In this document: piece after piece, positions 14,901 to 29,900 of the stretch | How positions within the stretch are numbered: position 1 is the stretch's first letter | Layout of the letters: the number at the start of each line of letters is the position of its first letter | Source of the DNA: Diplonema japonicum | Lineage: Eukaryota > Protista > Euglenozoa: Diplonemea | DNA length: 64,000 nucleotides | Direction: 5' to 3' | Assembly (NCBI GenBank): GCA_964019335.1 | Contig: OZ025743.1 | Coordinates: 248,001 to 312,000 of the forward strand | The notes under the pieces: model-generated | Seen by the model: the letters and a program-made list of their open reading frames with translations, nothing else | What the model was told of the DNA's origin: nothing | The model's database searches: none | Position numbers and translations under genes: made by a program

Positions 14901-17900
14901 ATGTCCTCCTGCGAAGAATTCCTCGCGAGCAACACTTGGAACACAGTCAGCAACGTCATGAACATAGACGCACCACATGCCTCCTTCCCGAACCGCACCA
15001 GATTGCCCACTACATCGCCAGGCATGTTCCTCTTGACGATTGTACCTCTGAGAGACTGTGTGGGTGGTCTCTCTCTGTCAAGCGGCAGCTGTAAAGTCGG
15101 GAGTCCATCGAGCTGCTTCTTCCAGTACCCGATCTGCGTGTCGGCAATGTCGTCTAAGTACACCCGCTGCCACTGCGCGAAGTCTGCATACTGGTATTTC
15201 AATGGCGGAAGCGGCGCGGCATCGCCGCTTTGTGTGTAGTAGTACAACAGCTCGTCGACAAGGATGTCCAGCGACCACCCGTCGGAGATGATGTGGTGCA
15301 GGCTGATGATGAAACAGTGCACGTCTTCCTCATCATTGATCTTAATAAGCTTCGCTCTGATGAGTGGTCCCTCCGCAAGATCGAAGGCCGCTGTTGCTTC
15401 TTCTGCTGCAATGAGATTGACGTCAGCCACAGCAGGGCATTCAAGGAACTCAATGTCGGCCGGTGCATCTGTAGGCAGCGGTTGCACGAAAGGCACACCC
15501 TCAGCAGTGGATCTAATGCAGCAGCGAAGGGCCTCGTGTCTAGCCACAACCTTCTGCAAAGCCTCCACGAGGACGGGGATATCCAGCTTGCCTTTAATAC
15601 TCAGTGGTGCCACTACGTTGTATGCGCTGGACTGCTTGTCGATCTCGCTGACCACCCACAGCCTCTGCTGTGCATAGGACAGGGGCAAAGCAACACTTCC
15701 ATCTCGAGGAAGTCGTTTGATGGCGGGTGCCGACCTGGCGGCACCTCTCATGCTGTCAACTACCTCTGAGAGGGCCCTCACTGTGGAATTCTCAAACACT
15801 GTCTTGAGCTTTGTCTCGACACCAAGCACTTTCTGCACGTCAGCAATGAGCTGCACAGCAAGCAGAGAGTGTCCTCCTGCGTCGAAGAACGAGGTTGTCA
15901 CAGCCAGCTCATCGACACCAAGGTGTTTCTCAAACAGCCTTAGAAGTTCCTCTTCTGTCTCTGTCGTGGGCAGGCTTTCCCCTGCATTTTGTGAATAGTC
16001 AGGAGGGGGCAGTCTTTTCCTGTCCGTCTTTCCAGCAATGCCCTTCGGGAACTCTTCAAGAGACACAAACGCCGACGGCATCATGTACGACGGCAGTTTC
16101 CCTACAATCATCTTCTGCAGCTCTGCCACATCCACGATGTCCTTGAAGATGACGTAAGCAACAATGCGCTTGTCGCCAGGCTTGTCTTCTCTCACCATCA
16201 CGCACACGTCGCGCACTAGAGCGGTGTTCCCACGCAGTACGGTTTCGATCTCCCCGAGCTCGATCCTGAAGCCCCTGATCTTCACCTGGTGGTCCAGCCT
16301 TCCCACGTACTCAACCCTCCCATCGTTACGGAACCTACACAGATCCCCTGTCTTGTACAGCGTGCTGCCGTCCCACATAGGCACAAAAACCTTGCTCGTG
16401 AGCTCCGGCCTGTTAAGGTACCCTCTGGCAATTTGTACTCCACTGCAGCACAGTTCACCGTACGCACCCACAGGTACGAGCTTTCTCTTGCTGTCCAGAA
16501 TGAAGGCCTTGCAGTTCGGGGCTGGGTACCCGATGGATTTAGTCTCCTTCATAACCTTATAGTCACGTGGTGCTTTGTACCAGATGATCTCGATGGAGCA
16601 CTCCGTAGGGCCGTACAGGTCATACAACACACTGCTTGGGAACCTGTTGTACAATTTCTGGATGAGGCTAGTAGTGATGGCTTCGCCAGAAGAACCTACC
16701 ACCCTCACCTTCTTGAACTTTTCAGCGTACTCTTCGCCGATGACTGTGCAGAACGCCTCGAGCATGGAAGGGACGAAGTGGAGGACTGTGACGTGCTCCT
16801 CTTCGATGAAGGAGGCGATGTACGAGGGGTCGGTGTGGCCTCCAGGCTTCGTGAAGGCGAGGCGTGCCCCTGTCATGAGCGGCCAGAACAGCTCCCACAC
16901 AGACACGTCGAAGATGTACGGGGTCTTCTGCATCACCACATCCTCCCCAGCCACGAGTGGTTCCTTCTCCGCCAGCCACCGCAGCCTGTTCACCGTCCCA
17001 GAGTGCTGCAACATCACCCCCTTCGGGAGCCCAGTCGACCCCGAGGTGTAGATGATGTAGGCGAGGTTCTGTGCCGTCACGCACGATGCGGGGCGCTCCA
17101 CAGACATCGGAGCAAACACCTCGTCCCACTCCGTGTCCAGCTCGCAGCACCACACCCCGGGAGCCTCCGGGACGCGTCCCCTGCACCCTCCCTGCGTCAA
17201 CACCACCCCTGCCTTGCAGTCGTTCATGATGTACAGCGTCCTGTCCTTCGGGTAGCTCGGGTCCACAGGAACGTAGCAGCCCCCGGCCTTCATCACCCCC
17301 AGGATCCCCACAGCCATCTCCACACTCCTCTCCAGCATCAGCACCACGGGCACCTCCGGTCCCACCCCTCGCTGGTGCAGCACGTGCGCCACCTGGTTCG
17401 CCCGCTCCTCCAGCTCCCGCCCGCTCAGCACCCTGTTCTCGTCCGACACCGCCTTCGCGACAGGGTTTTCGTCCACAGCCGCTTCAAACAGCTCGTGCAT
17501 GCATGGCGCACCGGGGAATTCCCTTGCTGTGTCATTCCACTCACACATAATTTGGTGCTCGTCCGTCTTTGTGACAACAGGAAGATCAGCCACAGTTGAT
17601 TGGATGCAAGAAGACAAGGCTGTCAGGATGGTGCACATGGACACCACGAGCTTCTCGGCCGTAGCTTGCTGGAAAAGAGATGTGTTGTATTCCAACGTGA
17701 AGTCCAGCCCGTCGTCACTGTGCTGGGTGTACATCGTCAAATCGAACTTCGCAACAGAGCTTTGCATGGGCACCGATGTGATCTGCGCACCGCCAGCTTC
17801 AAACGTGCTCTTGATATTCGAGTCCTGCAGCACAAACATGACCTGGAAGAGAGGGTTCCTGCTGAGGTCCCTTTCCACGTCCATGGCCTCAACGACCTTC

Positions 17901-20900
17901 TCGAAGGGCACTTCCTGGTGCTCGAAGGCTTCCAGGACCCTCTCCTTGACGTGCAGGAGGGCGGCCTCGACAGTATCGCCTTCTGAGATGGTGCTGCGGA
18001 GCACCAATGTGTTTACAAAGAAGCCGATAAGCCCTTCGATGCTAGAGTGGTTCCGTCCTGATATCGGGGTGCCCACAGACAGGTCTGATTGCGTGCTGTA
18101 CTTGTTCAGCAGAACGTTGAAACCAGTCAGCAGAACCATGAACAGTGTAGCATTGTACCGCTTACCTAGTGCTACGAGCTCACTGGCAACTGCAGCAGAC
18201 AGGCTGCCCGTGACTTGCGCCCCTGAGTACTGCTGGACAGCAGGACGGGAGTAGTCCGTCGGAATCTGAAGGACAGTGAGACCCTCAAGCCTGTTCTTCC
18301 AATGAGCAAGACCCATCTTGCCTCTTGTCTCGATAAGGTTATTCTGCCACACAGCGTAGTCTGCGTACTGTACTGAGAGGTCGGGGAGGTCAACCTTTCC
18401 GTCTGTGTGTAGAGCATCATAGATCGCAGTGAGTTCCTTGATGAGCACAGCTACACTCCACCCGTCGGCGATGATGTGGTGGATCGATAGTAGTAACAAT
18501 TGATCAGACTCGCTGATGGGGCAGAACACGACGCGTACTAGTGCCTCGTCAAGCCTGAATGTCTTCTGCGAATACTTCTTTATCACATCGCTCACGCGCA
18601 ATTCGTCGCCGCCCTCCAAGCACTCATCAACCTTTACGTGCACATATGGTTTCCCTGCCTCAACGATTCTTTGCATAGGACCCGCTTCCGTCTTCTCGAA
18701 GACTGTTCTCAATGACTCGTGCCTGTCCACCAGCATGTTAACAGCTTTTTGCAAAGTACCAGCATGCAACTTACCCTTTACTCTCATTGCCGAAGGTATC
18801 ACATATGCTAGTGAATCCTGCTCAATCTCTGACAGCAGCCACAGCCTCTTCTGAGCATGCGACAAAGGTAGCGGGTGGTCTCTTGGCTGCACCGGGATAA
18901 CTGCCATTGTTGGGTCTTCCTTGTGTAGCCTCACGACAGCAGTGGCCATGTCAGCAAGGACAGGGTGTTCGAAGACTGTCCTGATGGACAGCTCGACACC
19001 AAGGAGCTTCCTCACCTTCGAGACCAGTCTGGTTGCGGAGATGCTGTCTCCTCCAAAGGAGAAGAAGTCTGAGCCCCTCCCGGCCTTGCTGTTCCCTCCG
19101 AGGACCTCCTCCCATGCGGAGGCGAGACCCTTCTCCACTGCCCCGCGAGGCTCTTCGAACTCCTCCCCGTCTTCTTCAACAGGGACGGGAAGACGCTTCC
19201 TGTCAACCTTCCCTGCCGCCGACAAGGGAAAGCTCTCCATCCGCACCAGTACGGACGGGACCATGTAGGCAGGAAGTGCCTTCTGTGCCTGTGACGTCAC
19301 CGCCTCTCTCCACTCCTCCCCTGCACCAGAGGACTCCTCCTTCTCCTCCTCCAGCACAAAATAGGCAACGAGCCTCTTCTGCCCAGGAAGATCCTCTCGC
19401 ACCACAACAGCGACTTCCACGACACCAGCGACCCTGCTGAGGACAGCCTCCACCTCCCCGAGCTCGATGCGAAGGCCTCGAAGCTTCACCTGGAAGTCCA
19501 TCCTCCCACAGAACACGACTTCCCCAGTCTCCAGGCGCCTCCCCAGGTCCCCGCTGAGGTACATCCTCCCACACCCAGGGCTTTTCCCGAGGGGGAACGG
19601 GTCCGCCACAAACTTCTGTGCCGTGAGCCTCGCGTCCCCGACGTAGCCGCGTGCCACCTGAACCCCACCGAAGGCGATCTGCCCCACCACCCCGGGGCCC
19701 ACAGCCGCCATCCGCTTGTCCACCACGTAGCACAGAACATTCCTCAGAGGCATCCCGATGGGAACAGGCCCGCCGCCAAGGAGGCGTACCCGCTCCAAAG
19801 CCGCCCCGTCCCTCTCGAACACGAATGCGTTCGTCGACACGCTCACCTCCGTCGGACCGTACGAGTTGATGAGCCTCACCCCTGCTCCCATGCACCTCTC
19901 CACCTGCACCAACGGGAGCTCCTCTCCCATCGCCGCAATCGTGCGAAGCCGGGGGAACACTCTCTTCCCTTGTTCTTCTGTTGAAAGTTGTGTTTGCTCA
20001 TCCTTCTCTCCTCCTCCCCCGTTGTTGAAGAAGGGGAGGCCCGCGAGCACCGACGGAGACAGCTGGCACATTTCCACCCTCTCCTTCGCAAGAAGGGCCG
20101 CGAGGTCCTCCCCAAGAGGCTGCCTCGACCCTTCCCCGAAGACAAGGGTGCCCCCTTGCAGCAAGGCAAGGAACACCTCGCTGATCGACGCATCGAAGGT
20201 GAACGACGCGAACTCCAGAACCCGCGCCCCTTCCCCGGGGGCGAATCGCTCTCCCTCACCGTAGATGAAGCTGCACAGCCCAGCGTGCTCGATCTGTACC
20301 CCTTTCGGTTTCCCTGTCGACCCTGAGGTGTAGATCACGTAGGCAAGGTCTTTCTCGGACAGGTCCCCCTCGCCTTTGCTTGAAGAGACCTGCTGCGCCC
20401 CTCCCTTCTGCTCCTTCATCATCTCCTCAGCTGCCAGAACCTGAACAGAGGAATCAGCAGAGAGGCGCTCCGCCACCTGCGTCCTGTCATCCTTCAGACA
20501 CACCACAACCTGCATCCCGATGTCTTCCATGATGTACAGGAGCCTCTCCGAGGGGATGTCTCTTGCCAGCGGGACGTACACGGCCTCTCCTCGCCAGCAT
20601 CCGAGCATCGCCACCAGTGCAAGGAGGGAGCGGTCCATGAGGACACCGACAGCCCCGCCCTTTCGAACACCGGCCTCCCGGAGCCCTGCCCCCACGCGGC
20701 CGACCAACTCTTCAAGCCTTCCGTAGGTCACCAGGTCTTCTCCGCACTGCACCGCCACGCTGTCAGGCCTCTCCATGCTCATCTCCTTCACGATCCTGTC
20801 CACTCGCTGCGTCTTGTAAGGCACCGACTCGTCCAGCTCGTTCCACCCCACAGTCACCTTCTGGTGCTCGTCGGGTGTTAAGAGTGAGACATCGGCGATC

Positions 20901-23900
20901 GGCCCGTTGGGCGATGAAGACAGCGCATCGAGCATGACGATGTAGTAGCTGGCCATTCGCTCGATACTCGCTGCTGTGAATAGTGCGGTGCAGTACTCGA
21001 AAGAGAAACTCAGGGCACCACCTGTCTGTGAGGCAGTTACGGTCAAGTCGAACTTGGATGTTGATGTAGCTGCCTCTAATGGATCGAAGTGGAGGTCGGT
21101 AGAGGTAAAGGTGTCGAGATCGTCAGCCGTGTAGTCGAACATGACTTGGAAGAGCGGGTTGCGCGACTCGTCGTGCGGCACCTGGAGCGCTTTAACGACA
21201 TGGTCGAAGGGTACAGTGCTGTGCTGCAGTGCCTCTTTCATGGCGGTGTTGGTCTGCGCGCAGTGCGAGGCGAAGTTTGCGTCGAGGTCGACACCCAATC
21301 GCAGCGCCATTGTGTTCACGAAGTACCCCACAACGTGCTGCATTTCCTGCCTTCTGTTGGCAACAGGCGTACCGACTACGAAGTCTGTCTGGCTCGTGAG
21401 CTTCGAGAGGAACATAGTAAACGTCGACAGCAACGCTCCAAAGACGGACACCCCTGCAGTGCGAGACACCTCCTCGATCCACTGCGCAACACTTCCAGGT
21501 ACCGTGCACTTCCAAACATCACCCTTTGTAGACTGCACAACAGGTCTAGGGCGGTCAAGCGGAAGCTCGATTGTGGGGTAAGCAGCAAGAACACGCGTCC
21601 AATAGGCAGTGTCTTCTGCAAAGTTAAGGCCCCTCTGCCACACTGCGTACTGGACGTATGTGTAGGGCGGTTGGATTACATCGGAATCGGGTGTCTCGTA
21701 AATAGCTACAAGATCGCTCATTATGATCTTCAGGGACCACTCGTCACTCACAGCATGGTGCATGTTAAGGACGAGGTACCACTGCGAATCTTGCACGATC
21801 ACAGATCCCCTGAACAGGGGCCCTGAACTGAGGTCGAAGGGTGTATCCACCTCTTGCTGGATGGCGCTCTTTGCATGCGACCAAGACTCGCAGCGCACCA
21901 CAGAGAGCTCGATGTCGTGCTGTGGGTTAACTACTTGCAACAGGGTGTCATTCGTGTCGCTGAACACAGTTCGAAGCGCTGCGTGCCTGTTGTACGTCTT
22001 GTTGATGGCGTTCTGCAGCCTGGGGATGTCTAGCTCGCCACCGTCTTCTGTTGCAGTGATCTTTACTACACATGGCATGTTGTACACAGACGTAGACCCC
22101 AAGATCTCTTGCACCACCCATAGCCGCTCCTGTGCGTAACTAGCTTGCTGTTGCGTGCCGGACACCTGCGGTATAATGCTCGTCTCGAAGTCCCCGCTCG
22201 TCATCTTGGACTCTACCAACGCTGCCAGGTCGCAGAACACCTCATGTGCGAAGAATTCCTTCAACTCAATAACTACCTTGAACACCTCCTTGACTCTGAA
22301 CAGCATCTTCACAGCAATCAAAGAGTGGCCGCCTGTGCTGAAAAAGCTATCTCTCCTTCCGGGGCTCTTCAATCCTAGTTCCATCCAGATCTCGGCGAGC
22401 TTCTTCTCAGCACCAGTGAGGGGCTCTTCGTATGTGTCTTTGCTTCGAGACACGGGGTCAGGGAGCGCCTTCCTGTCTACCTTCCCCGAAGTGTTCTTGG
22501 GAAGGGAAGAGAGGAAGAGGAAGAAGGAAGGGACCATGTAAGAGGGGAGAGAGGACTGGAGGGAGGAGCGGAGGGAGAGGGTAAGCTCGTCCTCGTGGAC
22601 TTGGTCCCGAGGGGCCTCCGCCAGAACGATGTAGGCGGCGATCGACGAGGATGCTTGTGACAGGGTGCAGCAGCAGTCTTTCACCTCCACTGCCTTTTGC
22701 TGACGAACAGCCCCCTCCACCTCCCCGAGCTCGATCCTGAAGCCACGAACCTTCACCTGGAAGTCCGCCCGACCGCAGAACACCACCCGCCCGTCCTCCT
22801 TGAACCTCCCAAGGTCCCCTGTCTTGTACATCCTGTCCTTCCCGCTGCTCCCGAAAGGGTCCTTCTTGAAACTCTCCGAGGTGAGGTCCGCCCGACCCAC
22901 GTAGCCACGGGACACCTGAGGACCCCCGATCCAGATCATCCCAGTTGCTCCAACAGGGCACAGCTTCCTCTCAGAGTCGAGGATTCGAACCCTCGTGTTC
23001 GGGAGAGCCCGCCCGATCCCCATCGCCACTTCCGTGTCGTCAGATAGGTCCCCCCGCTTGAAGGTCTCGCAGGTCACCTCCACACAGGTCTCCGTCGGGC
23101 CGTAGCAATTGTGGAACACCGTGTCGTCCCTCGCCCCGGTCATCCACCTCCGAGCCACCTCCGCAGAAGCCGCCTCCCCTCCCGAGTGGATCCTCTTCAG
23201 ATCCCGAAGCCCCGTCCCTTCCACGGATCGCATCACAGAGGGGGTGAGGAACACGCTCTCCACACGCTGTACCTCCAAGAAGTCACGGAGCCCGCTGGTC
23301 CTCTCCTCACCGACAGCCATCGCGAGCCTTGCCCCACCGCACAGGGCGCACAACGTGTCCATCACACTGATGTCGAAGGTGTAGGCGTAGAACTGCAGAG
23401 TCCTCTCCCCTTCACGTCCCACCACGCGTCCCTCCGTTCCCTTCAGAAGGTTCCACAGGTTCCTCTGTTCCACCACCACACCCTTCGGCTTCCCAGTCGA
23501 CCCTGATGTGAACAGGCAGTAGGCCGCAGAGCCTCCCTCCACACAGCCTCTCTTCACCTTCAGTTCTTCAGAAGGAATGTCTTCTTCTTCTTCTTCTTCT
23601 TCCCCGCTTCTTCGTGTGTACAGAACCTGTACCCCGTCCTCCAAGAAGGAGTCACACCCACCGACAGGGCCGTTGCTCACCACCACTCGCACCCCACTGC
23701 TCTTCGCCATGTACCGAAGACGCTCCTCAGGGAGCGACGGGTCCAACGGGACGAACCCTGCCCCGCCCCGGAGGATCCCCACAGTTCCGGTGATCACCTC
23801 CGTCGAGCGCGTGCAGTGGAGACCCACCAACAGCTCCCCTTCGCCGTCCCGCCTCTTCTCCAGCAGTTCCCATGCCACTCTCCGGCTCCTCCTCTCGAGT

Positions 23901-26900
23901 TCGCCGTAAGTTACTGCTTCCGTCTCGCAGGTTACTGCAATCTCGTCCTTCGCCTCCTCCATCCTCTCCTCCAGTGCCTCCACAACGTTCCCTTCCCCGA
24001 AGTCAGCCTCGTTGCTGTTCCACTCCACAAGGAGTCGGCGCGTGTCCTCAGAGGAGATTAGCGACACTTCTTTGTAGGGTGTCTGGGGTGCAGTTGTGAA
24101 GGTGTTGAAGCACATTGCTATCATGTCCAAGACACGCTCTGCCGTGGATTCGTTGAGGACATTTGTGTTGTACTCCAAATCGAGGTGGATGTGCCCTGCT
24201 GTGTTGCGCACAGCGAGCGTCATATCGAAACGTGAAATACCCGTCTCGTAAGTGAGAGGCTCGACCGCGAGGTTGGGGGTCTGCGGGAATGCGGGCTCTT
24301 CGTGGGTGGAGAGCGCTGCCTGGAAGAAAGGGTTGCGGTTCAGCTCGCGGGGCGGTTGACAGATGTCGATGATACGCGAAAAGGGGATATCAGAGTTGTC
24401 CTCTGCTGTCATGGTGACAGCACGTGCCGTCTGCAGAAGGTCGGCAAGGGTGGCGTTTTCGGCGTCGCGGAGCTTCATGCGGAGGACTAAAGTGTTCAGG
24501 AAGAGACCGACGACATTGTGAGTTTGGTGGAGAGCACGATTCGCCACAAAGGTGCCCATCGGGATGTCCTCACTGCCCGTCAACTGCGACAGGGCAAGCG
24601 AGAAGGCCACAAGCGAAGCATGGAACAACGTTGCCTTGTGTGACACGCAGGTATGTGTCAATGCGGCTGTCTCCCTTGCGCCTACGTTTCTGAACACGGT
24701 GTGTCCTTCAAACCCTTGGCGCAAGCTCCTCGGACGGTCAGTGTACTCTACAGTCTCAAGCCCTTCCAGCTCAGCTCTCCAAAACTCTTCTTGCTTGACA
24801 ATCTTTGCTGGTCTGGCAGAGAATGCCTCTCTTTCCCATTCAGCGAAGTCACCATACGTGATGGGAAGATCAGCCAGTTCACACGCGTCACCACCTGTCG
24901 CCTTGCTGTGGTACAGTTCCAAGCATTCTCTAATGACAATACCCAGCGACCACCCGTCTGCGATGATGTGGTGCACGGTGAGGAGCAGCACGAGCTCGTC
25001 CTTCTTCAACTTGACCACCGTGATGCGGAACAGCGGGCCACTCGAGAGGTCGAACGGCTTGCGGACATCGCTTTTGATAACGGCCGCAAGGTAGGCAGAG
25101 AGCTCGGTTTCCTTTGTTGTTTGCGTGAAATCCTTCACTGTGAAAGGGAGATGCGTGGTGATGGGGTTGATACACTGGCGCAGAGTGCCCGTGTGGTCAT
25201 CGCGAACTATGGTAGTACGGAGGGATGGGTGGCGCGACACCACAGCACGCAAGCATGTCAGCAGGAGCTGCAAGTTGACATCGCCCTTCAGCTTCACAGG
25301 GTTCGGGATATTGTTCACAGCCACGTTCTCTTCTAGTTCGCTTACGAGCCATATCCTCTGCTGTGCGATCGACAGCTCGTAAGATTGCTTCTGCTTTGCA
25401 TCGATCACGACACCTGACCCAGCCCCACTGTCACGCAGTCTCCTGACCATTGCTGCCTGTCCCTCGATGGTCGGGTGGTTGAAGATCTCCCTCAAGGGAA
25501 CTTGCACTCCTACCTTCTTTGACAGCTCGCCGCTCACCCTTACAGCCATCAACGAATGCCCACCCACGCTGAAGAAGTTGTCCTGCCTCGAGCAAACTCT
25601 GCCCAGCACCGTGGTCCACACACTCGACACAAGGACCTCATCCTCATCCTGAGGAACATCGATTTCCTCCGAGGCAGCTGTCAAGGAAGGCTTTGGGAGC
25701 TTGCTTCTGTCGACCTTTCCTGAGTGGTTGAGGGGCAGCTTGTCCATTTCGACCACAACAGGTACCATGTAGGAGGGAACTGTCTTAATCATAACCTCCC
25801 CGAAAGTAGTCTTGTTGAAGGTCTCGTCGCCCACAATGTATGCCACAAGCTGTGCATCGGCGCCACTGCCTAAAGCGACCACGCAGGCTTCCTTCACGCC
25901 TTCCACTTCAACAGAGACAGCCTCCACCTCGCCAAGCTCCACACGGAAGCCTCTGATCTTCACCTGGTAGTCCTTACGGCCACCGAATTCCAAGGAACCG
26001 TTTTCAAGCCACCTCCCGAGGTCCCCTGTTCTGTACATTCTGCCATGCTGGCTATCGATGAACTTCTGCGATGTTAGCTCGGGCTTGCCCACGTAGCCGA
26101 TTGCAAGCTGTCGGCCTGTCAAGCACAGCTCGCCGTAGACACCCACAGGGCACGGCTCCATCCCGTTCAGCACATGGCACTGCACATTTGGCGACGGCTT
26201 GCCTATCGGGAGCGTGTGAAAATCGATGTCGCGCACTTCATAGAAGGTTGAGGACACGGTGTTTTCACTCGGACCGTAGTCGTTCCAAAGGGTGCGGTTC
26301 ACCGACCACTTCTTCACAAGAGGAATGGGACAGACATCTCCCGCGGTGATGACATGCACGAGGCTGGGCATGCCCTGGTGTGGGAGGGCCGCCATCAGGG
26401 ACGGTGGCAAAAATGCCATCTCCACCCTGTTGATGTCCACAAACTCGACCAAGGCGTCGCCAAGAAGGTCGGTCTTGTCCTTTGTAACCATCATGGCACC
26501 CCTGCACAGGTAGCAGAAGATCTCCATCACGGACGTGTCGAAGGAAAAATTGTGGAATTGCAGCGTGTGCAGCCCCTGCGTGACCCTTGTTGTCACCGTG
26601 ACCAAGTTGTACAGCCCCGAGTGTCTTAGAGCCACGCCCTTGGGTTTTCCTGTCGACCCAGACGTGTAGATGTAGTAAGCTATGTCGTCCGGCGAGTGCT
26701 GTTTTTCAGGTACGTCGGCCCTCTTCTGAGAGTACCCGGTCACATCGAGCAGTGCCATGGGCATGTTTTGCAACAGGTGTTGTGTGGTGCTCGTCACGAA
26801 GCACATTTTCATCCCGCTGTCTTGTGCGATGTACTTCACGCGGTCCTCGGGCAGTGTCGGGTCAAGAGCAACGTAACAGCCGCCCGCCTTCAACACACCG

Positions 26901-29900
26901 AAGATACAGGCGTACATGATGATGGACCTGTCAATACAGATCCCCACAGGGCTTCCTCTTCTTAGACCTTGGCCTCGTAGGTTCCATGCCAGAGCATTGG
27001 CTAGCTGGTCCAACGCAGAGTATGTGATCTGCACATCAGCGAAGGAGATGGCAACAGTATCGGGGTACTCGGTAGCAGTGTTTTCGAAAAGCTTGTCTAC
27101 CACCACAGGCTGCCATTCTTCTGTGAGGGTGTCGTTCCACTCCAGTTGCTGCTCGACTTCCACGGTGCTCAGCATTCCTACAGAGGATAGCGGGTCTGCC
27201 AACATGCACGGTACTTCTCGGAGGAAGGTAGCTAAGTGCTGCAGCATCTTCTTGGCCGTGTTTCCGTCAAACAGCGCGGTGCAGTACTCAAGCTTCAGCT
27301 GGAGCCCTTGCGACCCTGCGTCCGTCACGAAGAACGTCAAATCGTAGCGCGACTTGCTGCCCTGCATCTCGATCTCTTCGAAGTCGTTGCCGCTTCCTTT
27401 CATCTTCTGCCCGCTCACAAGCATCACTTGGAACAGCGGATGCCTGCTGGGGTCGTACGAAGGCCGCGTAACTTCGACCACCTTCTCAAACGACGTGTCA
27501 GAGTGGCTCATCGCGTCGCTGCACACATTCTTCGCCCTGTCGAGCAGCCCTTGGTATGTGAGAGGGGACGCATCGTTGTCGGTGTTGACCCTCAACACAA
27601 GTAGATTCACAAAGAACCCTATCAAGTCTTCAAGCTGCACCGATGGTCTGTTTGCAACAGGTGTACCTATCACCACGTCACGGCTCCCTGTGTACCTAGT
27701 CAGCATTGCCGACAGGCATGCCACAGAGCACATGAAGAGCGTGTACCCTGATCTGCACAGCTGTCTGAGTTCTGTGATTTGAGTATCCGGGATGACCAGT
27801 GTTTCTGTCGACCCAGCATACGACTGCATTGGCGGCCTGGGGTGGTCAGTGGCAAGCGGGAGCGTTGGGAGGTCACGAAGAGTGGTCTCCCAGAATGAAA
27901 GTTGCCTTGCCTGCTCGTCTTGTTCCACCCAATCACGATGCCACGCTGCGTAGTCGCCGTACTGAATGCTCAAAGGGGGCAAGTGCGGGTCAATCCCCGC
28001 ATGGAGGCTGCGGTACACGGTTGTGAGGTCCTTGACAAGGACATTCAATGACCACGCATCGGCTATGATGTGGTGTATGCAGAGGACGAGGCACGTGCCT
28101 GTGGCAGTTAAAACATGCGTGATACGCAGCAAGGGTGGTATCTGGAGGTCGAATGCCGCGTTCTCTTGTTCCTTCACGAGCTTGGTTATCATGGCGTGCA
28201 GGTTTTCGTCAGAAAGGTGCCTGCAGTCGACCTTCCCAAGAGTGAAGGGAGCAGTGTCGTGGATCGTGGTGGTGTCAGAGGTGGTGAATGAGCACCTGAG
28301 GACCTCGTGCCTGCCGATGACCTTTATGGCAGCCGCTTGCAAGGTGCTGTGGTCAAGAGCACCGCACACCTTCACAGCGTCCACCATGTTGTAGGCTGCT
28401 TTGTCGTCGTCGACAGCATCTAGAAGCCACAGTCTCTGCTGTGCAAGACTAGTCGGCAAGCTTTCCTCAGTCTGCCTCTGTGCTGCTGAAGGTATCTCAC
28501 TGTACGTGCTCGTCCCTTGTTTCGTCTTTATCAGCTCTGCCAGTGCTGAGACTGTGTCGTTTTCAAAGAACTCCTTCATAGTGACAGTAGCGTTCATCCC
28601 GGCCTTCAGGCTGGCAACCACCCGCACAGCGAGCAAGGAGTGCCCACCATTCTCAAAAAAGCTCATTGTAGATGTGATGGTGTCCATCTCTAGCACCTGC
28701 TTGAAGCACTCGGCAACCGTGCACTGCAGTTCTCCGCTGGGCGCCGCACCTTGATCTTTCTGGTATTCCGGTGCTGGCAGCTTCTTTCTGTCTGTTTTAC
28801 CACTGATTAGCTTCGGAAACTCCACAAGTCTCACATAGGCAGATGGCTTCATGTACGATGGCAGCTTCCCAGCGACTTCCTTCTCTAGGTCGTCTGCCTG
28901 TGCCTGCGGTGTCTTGAAGATGACGTAGGCAACGACACGTTTGTCGCCAGGCTTGTCTTCTCTCACCATCACGCACACGTCGCGCACTACAGAGTTTGCA
29001 CGCAGTACGGTTTCGATCTCCCCGAGCTCGATCCTGAAGCCCCTGATCTTCACCTGGTGGTCCAGCCTTCCCACGTACTCGACCTCACCCCCTGCCCAGA
29101 ACCTGCACAGATCCCCTGTCTTGTACAGCATACCCTCCGCGTAGGGGTTTTTGACAAACATCTTGTTCGTGAGCTCCGGCCTGTTAAGGTACCCTCTTGC
29201 AATCTGCACCCCGCTGCAGCACAGCTCACCGTACGCGCCGGGAGGCGCAGAGAGGTTCGTTTTAGGGTCCAAGATGTAGGACTTGCAGTTTGCAGTTGGG
29301 CGCCCGATGGGCTTCATGATGTTAGTTGAGTTCCAGTCCATTTTGTGCCAAACAATCTCGATGGAGCACTCCGTAGGGCCGTACAGGTCATACAACACAC
29401 TGCTTGGGAACCTCTTGTGGAACTGTCTCGCGAGCTGGTTGGACAGAGCTTCGCCAGAAGCAGCAGAGACCCTCACCTTCTTGAACTTTTCAGCGTACTC
29501 TTCGCCGATGACTGTGCAGAACGCCTCGAGCATGGAAGGGACGAAGTGGAGGACTGTGACGTGCTCCTCTTCGATGAAGGAGGCGATGTACGAGGGGTCG
29601 GTGTGGCCTCCAGGCTTCGTGAAGGCGAGGCGTGCCCCTGTCATGAGCGGCCAGAACAGCTCCCACACAGACACGTCGAAGATGTACGGGGTCTTCTGCA
29701 TCACCACATCCTCCCCAGCCACGAGTGGTTCCTTCTCCGCCAGCCACCGCAGCCTGTTCACCGTCCCAGAGTGCTGCAACATCACCCCCTTCGGGAGCCC
29801 AGTCGACCCCGAGGTGTAGATGATGTAGGCGAGGTTCTGTGCCGTCACGCACGATGCGGGGCGCTCCACAGACATCGGAGCAAACACCTCGTCCCACTCC

